64,000 bases of DNA from Octopus vulgaris (lineage: Eukaryota). Position 1 is the stretch's first letter. Each line of letters opens with the position of its first letter. The notes beneath the pieces are model-generated. The model had not been told where the DNA came from, ran no database searches, and saw only the letters and a program-made list of their open reading frames with translations. A program made the position numbers and the translations under genes. The stretch covers positions 8,308,001 through 8,372,000 of the forward strand of contig OX597839.1 in the NCBI GenBank assembly GCA_951406725.2. Reading direction: 5' to 3'. This document shows, one piece after another, positions 57,363-64,000 of the stretch.

Positions 57363-57740
57363 AAATCAACAAAATGTGGAATTGAAGACTAAAACAATAC
57401 CTGTAGTCATAGGTGCCCTGGGAATGATAGCAAAAGGGGCTGATTGCTACCTAACTCAGATACCAGGAAACCCCAAAATGGCAGAAATTCAAAAGATAGT
57501 GCTCATGGGAACTGCTCATATCCTACGCAAAATACTTTCTATGTAATCTCAAGTTTTAAAACAAACATAATTTTCGTATGTTTTTTTTAGGCATTCACTA
57601 GTACAACACTAAGTACAAAAACAAATATATGGCACCCTAGGCATAACACCAACATGAACTTCCAACTTGTTGTCTCCTGAGGTCTCTGGGGTGAGATTTG
57701 GAGCCAGCTTGTGCAAATGTAAAGCAAAAGTCAAACATAG
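57359..57740 (+). mobile_element. R4/Dong-like restriction-like-endonuclease LINE 3' fragment inserted in (AAT)n
   Basis: LKTKTIPVVIGALGMIAKG..IPG..EIQKIVLMGTAHILRKIL* followed by a 3' UTR; (AAT)n on both sides. Confidence 0.8.
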
Positions 57741-58040
57741 AATAATAATAATAATAATAACAATAATAATAATTATAATAATAATAATGGTTTCAGATTT
57801 TCGCACAAAGCAAGCTGTTTTGGGGAGAAGGGTAAATTGATTACTTCGCGCCCCGTACTTAACTAGTGTTTTATTTTATCGACCCCGAAATGGTGGAAGA
57901 CAAAGACGATCTCGGCATGAAGGTACGTGGTATATTTAAAGGTGAAAGTTTATCTCCATTTCGTTTTTGTATTGGCCATGATATTGCTCAGATTGATATT
58001 ATGGGAAGAAGCTTTATGCAGAAAATGAGAAGCAGCTTCT

Positions 58041-58900
58041 TGTGATGAGAGTTACGACGCCACTTTACGAGAGATAGACTGGTCAGAGTAAAGTATAAAT
58101 AGTAACGATCCGAGTTCGAGGTTTGGAGTTCGGAAGCGAGTGTAATTCGTGTTAGTCCGCAGTGATGTCGGAAGATGTCGATTAGTTAGTTCACAAGGAA
58201 CATTGTTGTTACATTGTTGTTACTGTCGTCTGGTTACCTTGTTTATTGTACGTAGCAAACTACCTTACAACATCTGGCGACGAGGATTTCGAAGCTCTCG
58301 TAGGTTACTTAACAATTTGTTCGTGATACAATTTGCTAAATGATGAAAGATCTATTAGCTTCCATAATACAGTTGCAAAAGCAACAACAAGAGCAGCAAC
58401 AGAAGCAACTATTCCAGCAACAACTAGAAAACAACAACAATTATTGGAGCTTTATTCAAAGAAGTCCAAAAATGAAGTAAGTTCGTTTTCGCCAGACGGC
58501 ATTTCGAAGTCGATTAATGAATTCAGTTATAACCCAGAGGAGGGTATAACTTTTGCATCGTATTACAGAAGGTATGAGGAGATTTTTAAGCAAGGTTGCA
58601 AATGATGGTCGGATGAACAAAAAAGGGAGATTGTTATTGCGAAAATTAGCTCCGTTAGAGCATGAACGTTGCTGTAATTTCATATCGCCCCCAAAGCCCA
58701 AAGAAAGCTGTTTCAAAGAAACAATAAAATTACTGTCTAACATATTCGGTGATAAAATTGCTCTATTTAACACTCGAATGAAGTTTTAGAATATAACGAA
58801 AAACGAGAATGATTTTATCACATACGGAGGAACAGTCAACAGGATGTGTGAAAGTTTTAAATTCAAAGAACTTACACCTGAAATGTTCAAGTGTCTTTAC
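58041..58900 (+). mobile_element. Ty3/Gypsy remnant: 5' LTR (58041-58272, TG..CA), primer-binding site and broken gag
   Basis: TGGCGACGAGGAT 2 nt after the LTR end is complementary to the tRNA-Ser(GCU) 3' end; EFSYNPEEGITFASYYRRYEEIF, RLLLRKL..EHERC, LFNTR and MFKCL are typical Gypsy gag N-terminal motifs. Confidence 0.85.
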
Positions 58901-59350
58901 CAATTCAAACAGATAATAAGATAAAAATTAATAAACCAGATATACCAATAATACACAAAGAAAAGTGAATTTGCTTACGGATTGATCTCTCGTATCCGTT
59001 TGACTCCAGGATTGTAAACAAAGATGGCTAACTACAAAGTACAATTCCTTAAAAATTGATATCGCGAGAATTTGGAATATGAAAACTGTAAAGGTTGTGC
59101 CCGAAATAATTGGCACATTAGGGACTCTCAGTATTGATATGGACAAATTGTTGAAGGAGATTTGAATGGAATGTGCTGCAGAGATTCTGCAGAAAATTTT
59201 CTTTAGAACAGGAATGATTATCAGAAGGATTTTGAGCACTTGAAACATTATTGAATGTATGTGGATATGTAAGGTTACAGGAAGTAACCCGCTATTCACG
59301 TAATTTCCACTAGGAATAAGAGTTAAACTCGAGTCAAGTCGAATAATAAT
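58900..59350 (+). mobile_element. Second, older R4/Dong-like 3' fragment
   Basis: NKPDI..HKEK*ICLRIDLSYPFD and TKYNSLKIDIARIWNMKTVKVVPEIIGTLG..LQK..IIRRIL; short (AAT)n tail. Confidence 0.7.
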
Positions 59351-60057
59351 CCTTTCTACTAGAGGCAGAGGGCCTGATATTTTGAGGAAAGGGGCTAGTC
59401 GATTACATCAGTACATATTTCGACCCCGAAAGGATGATAGGCAAAGCCGACCTTGGTGAAATTTGAACTCAGAATGTAAAGGCGGACGAAATGCCGCTAA
59501 GCATTTTGCCCGGTGTGCTGACCATTTTAATATCTCACCGCTTTAATAATAATAATCCTTTCTACTATAGGTACAGGACCTGAAATTGTGGGGAAAAGTG
59601 TAAGTCGATTACATCGACCCCAGTTCTCAACTGGCAATTTATCGACCCCAGAAAGAATGAAAGGCAAAGTCGAGGGAATGAGCGAAGAGTGATTAGTTTT
59701 TGGTATGGATGGTACACTTAATGCAGCACCCGTTATAAAAAAAACAACCGTATAACCATCTGAAGAGTGAGCCACGTCTCCAGTGTGAACTGCCACCAAC
59801 AATCAAGGTGCGCCATGTTGAGGATTAAGGGCGCAAGCGGCTGATTGCACTTGTATAAGTCAAAGTAATTTTGGTAAACTTCCAAAATTTTTGTCGTTTC
59901 TGCGACATGGAGCTAGAAATATGGGGAAAATTGCAAAATATTGAAAACGACAATCAATAATAAATTGATAATTACAATATCAAAATTGAATTTGAATGAA
60001 AACAAAAATGAAAAACAGATGCTGAAGACTATGTGTGTGTATCCGTATAAACATACG

Positions 60058-60088
<31 letters not shown>

Positions 60089-61030
60089 GCATATAGTGTG
60101 TGTATATTTATATATATGTGTGTGTATGTGTGTACGTATAATAGAAACACATATTCGTACTTTCATATAATAATTACAAAACTAAACAGAAACTAAAATA
60201 AAATCAGGAAACACATTTTTAAAAATCGGTTCGGAAATAACGCAAAAGTGGTCTTTATGAAATAAGCACTGATCCTCCCCTCACAAAATAACAATAATAA
60301 TCTATTAAAAGACATCTAAATGAGTGTTTCCATTCAGTGAAGATCATACATTGTATATGTGTAAATGTGAACGTGTGTCTATGTGTAAATGTGAACGTGT
60401 GTCTATGTGTTTGCGTGTTTGTGTGCGCCGCGCGCAATGTTCACTTATTTTAGGCGGGAGAAAAATTGACGCCTTAACAATGTGGTTTGATAAACACACC
60501 AATTATCTCCCTTGATTTGACAACTTGTCTCGTTCTTAGAAATAAACGTAATGAGTGCTGTTTGGAAATTTCTATTGTTAATATTTTGCTGTCATTGTTA
60601 TTGTTATTGTTATTATTGTTGTTGTTGTTGTGATTTTTATTATTATTATTATTGTGATAAAATCAGTTGTCTGTTTCATTTTTTCTTTTTGTTTTTTTTT
60701 TCTTTTTGTTTTTTTTGTTGCTGCTGCAAATGGAATGTGCATCACTTTGCTCAGTCAGACAGTGTTAAATTTGTAATTCGGGAGACGAGAGTAGCAGAGA
60801 AAGTTTTTGTCACTACGAATCAAATCTGACAAAGCGAAAAGATTTGAATTTAAAAGAAGAAAAAGCTTCATGCCCGTCCCCTAGAGTTTCAACGAGTAGC
60901 AAAAGATAAAAACAAGAAAATAGTAAAGAAAATAAGAAATATATACACAGGCATAATCATATAGTCCAAAAGTTAGCCTTACAAACTTGTAGTTTCGGGG
61001 TCGATCGTAACTCTCATCACAAGAAGCAAA

Positions 61031-61270
61031 TGTTGTAAGGTAGTTTGTTACGTACAATAAACAAGGTAACCAGACGACAGTAACAACAATGTAACGAACC
61101 AGCGATCAATATTCCTTGTGAACTAACTAACCGACATCTTCCGACATTACTGCGGACTAACACGAATTACACTCGATTCCGAACTCCAAACCTCGAACTC
61201 GGATCGTTACTATTTATACTTTACTCTGACCAGTCTATCTCTCGCAAGGGGCGTCGTAACTCTCATCACA
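61031..61270 (-). mobile_element. Inverted copy of the Gypsy LTR, part of a larger duplicated block (61031-61752)
   Basis: Reverse complement closely matches 58041-58272; the upstream flank is duplicated with it. Confidence 0.9.
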
Positions 61271-62225
61271 AGAAGCTGCTTTTCATTTTCTGCATAAAGC
61301 TTCTTCCCATAATATCAATCTCAGCAATATCCTGGTCAATACAAATACTAATGGAGATAAAGACTATTGAAAATTCTCTTGACACTATTGAAAAGGTTGC
61401 AAGACGCAGCGAAAATTTTAGAAAATAAAAATAAGAAATAAGTGGAAATTTTACCGGTGAGTGTGTTAAATAATAAGGCACTAAAAGAGAATGACTCTCC
61501 CCAGACACAACAGAATATGCTTCAACACACGAACTCATATAAAGAATCTTGCAAACCAAATCCAAAAACGAAGTGGAGATAAACGTTCACGTTTAAATAT
61601 ACCACGTACCTTCATGCCGAGATCGTCTTCCTCTACCGCTATTTCGGGGTCGATAAATAAATACTAGTTAAGTACGGGGCGCGAAGTAATCAATTTACCC
61701 TTCTCCCCAAAATAGCTTGCTTTGTGCGAAAATCTGAAACCATTATTATTATAAAATAAGAAATATACACAGGCATGATCATATAGTTCAAAAGTTAGCC
61801 TTGCACACTTGTAGTTTCGGGGTCGATCCCACCGAGCAGCACCTCAGATGAAATTAGAGCACCAGTTTTATGCATCACAAATAATGAGAGGTTATTGTTT
61901 TCAAGTTTTGGCACAAGGTTAGTAGCTTTGGGCGAGGGATAAATCAATTACATCGAACTCAGTTCTTGACTTGCACTCATTTTATCAACCCCGAAGGGAT
62001 GAAAGGCAAAGTTGACCTCGGCGAAATTTGAACTCAGAACGTAAAGACGAGTGAAATGCCGCTAAGCAGTTTTCCCGGCACGCTAAGGATTCTTCCAGCA
62101 CGCCACCTTAAGTCGGAGATAAATATTAATATTTTGGTATCACTACTGCTTCCATTAATCCTTTTAAATAAACCAACTGGCGATTTACGACACCAGAGTC
62201 TCAAAAGACATTGAGATACAATATA

Positions 62226-62279
<54 letters not shown>

Positions 62280-62359
62280 ACTGGCAGGGAATCAGCTGCT
62301 ATATCTAACCGCTGACGTGTCATTGATAAGGCCAATGGAGGCCGAAATCACGTATATAT

Positions 62360-62441
<82 letters not shown>

Positions 62442-62450
62442 GTAGATAGG

Positions 62451-62494
<44 letters not shown>

Positions 62495-63631
62495 CAGGGA
62501 GGGAGGAATATATAGGCGTGATTGATAGATACATGGATTTATAATATTTTCTTATGTAAACGCTTCTGTTCCTAAACAGGTTTTATCTTTCTATCTTTCA
62601 GTCGTTGTTTCATTATTCTTGGCTTCATTTACTTTCTTTTTAATTTCTTCGGTGTAGATTTAACCCCCCAGATGATACCATCCCATTATACAACTGCTAA
62701 CTTTCCTAAACTAATAGACCGTAACGTGACAAAGCTGGCAAAAAAGAGTTGCAAAATGGCGGAGAAGAAACAAAAAATGGCGAATGGAAAAACTAAGCAG
62801 AAGATAATAACGACTGTCCTTAAAATGGATTAAATGTCACATTTGGATCATAATATCACAAGGGTAAATTTTGTACGCTTTGAATGGTTATTTGCGTCTT
62901 GATGTTGTTCTTATAAGCGTGTTTGTTGCTGCTGTATTTACTTTTTGAACTGTTTTTTATCCTTTTCAATGTTGTTGATTGTTGAATACATCTTTTCTTT
63001 GCTAGTATTTTTTTGAATTTTCTCTATATTTTTTTAATTTTGCGTTTTGATTCTGCTATTTATATATATATTTTTATTTATACCTTCTTGATTGTTAGTT
63101 GGTGCTTGGAATATATTTATATCCATTAGGAACTGGTGGTGTATATGTGTGTATATATATATGTATAAACGCACATATATACACACGCACATATATTCTT
63201 GTATGCATTTATCTTGAAAAATGTATCATCTTTAAGATTATATATATATATATATATATATACACGCACGACTGCACACAGACACACGGTTGTGTGCGTG
63301 TGTGCATATATCATAGTGCATAAATATACATACACACAAAGACAGACCCAGATAGATAAGCAAAGGTCTATATTTTTACAAACACACACACACATATATA
63401 TATATGTGTATAACATATATATATATATGTATGTATATATATATACATATATATGCATATATACAGATATATACATACAACCATACAGATATGTACATAC
63501 ATATACGACTATATACAGAAATATATACAAACAACCATACACATAATCACACATACATATATGTATATACATAAAATACTTCTATACATATTTATATAAT
63601 ATGCATATATTATATAAATAATATATATATA

Positions 63632-63671
<40 letters not shown>

Positions 63672-64000
63672 AATACATACATATATATACTATATGCATA
63701 CATACATATATACATACATATACGCACGTATATAATATACATATATATCTATGTACATACGTATACATGCATATGTACATATGTATACATGCAAATATAC
63801 ATACATATATAACATACATTTATACATGCATGTATATAATTATATACATAGATATGTACATATACATACATATATAAATATGTGTATACATATATACATA
63901 CATACGCATACATATATTACATAATTATATATATATACATATATACATACACATACATATATTACATAATAATATATATATATATATACATATATATATA

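Overview
Repeat-dominated animal DNA, intergenic or deep intronic. The SINE families and microsatellite load suggest an octopus genome (inference). No host protein-coding gene can be supported; most ORFs in the track are translations of (TA)n, (CA)n, (GATA)n or (GAA)n. Recognisable coding sequence is all mobile-element derived: two long CR1-group LINE ORF2s (8315-11311, with one in-frame TGA; 29929-32343, 5'-truncated), a third CR1-group 3' fragment, R4/Dong-like and RTE-like fragments, a Penelope (Naiad-like) GIY-YIG remnant, a Gypsy LTR+PBS+gag, and mariner and Tigger remnants. There are also about 35-40 copies or fragments of four tRNA-derived SINE families. Main signals: (1) roughly 15 type-I hammerhead-ribozyme-like motifs, mostly with palindromic helix III, including a ~210-bp non-coding family embedded in microsatellites; (2) a 3'-terminal motif (GGYGGWG..TGGCC-hairpin-AAAC-tandem tail) shared, with a covarying hairpin, between three LINEs and the dominant SINE; (3) three insertions flanked by unusually long (48-77 bp) direct duplications, one an inverted chimeric copy of a locus 3 kb away. 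All alignments, folds and family names were made by eye or from memory of the literature; repeat boundaries are approximate.
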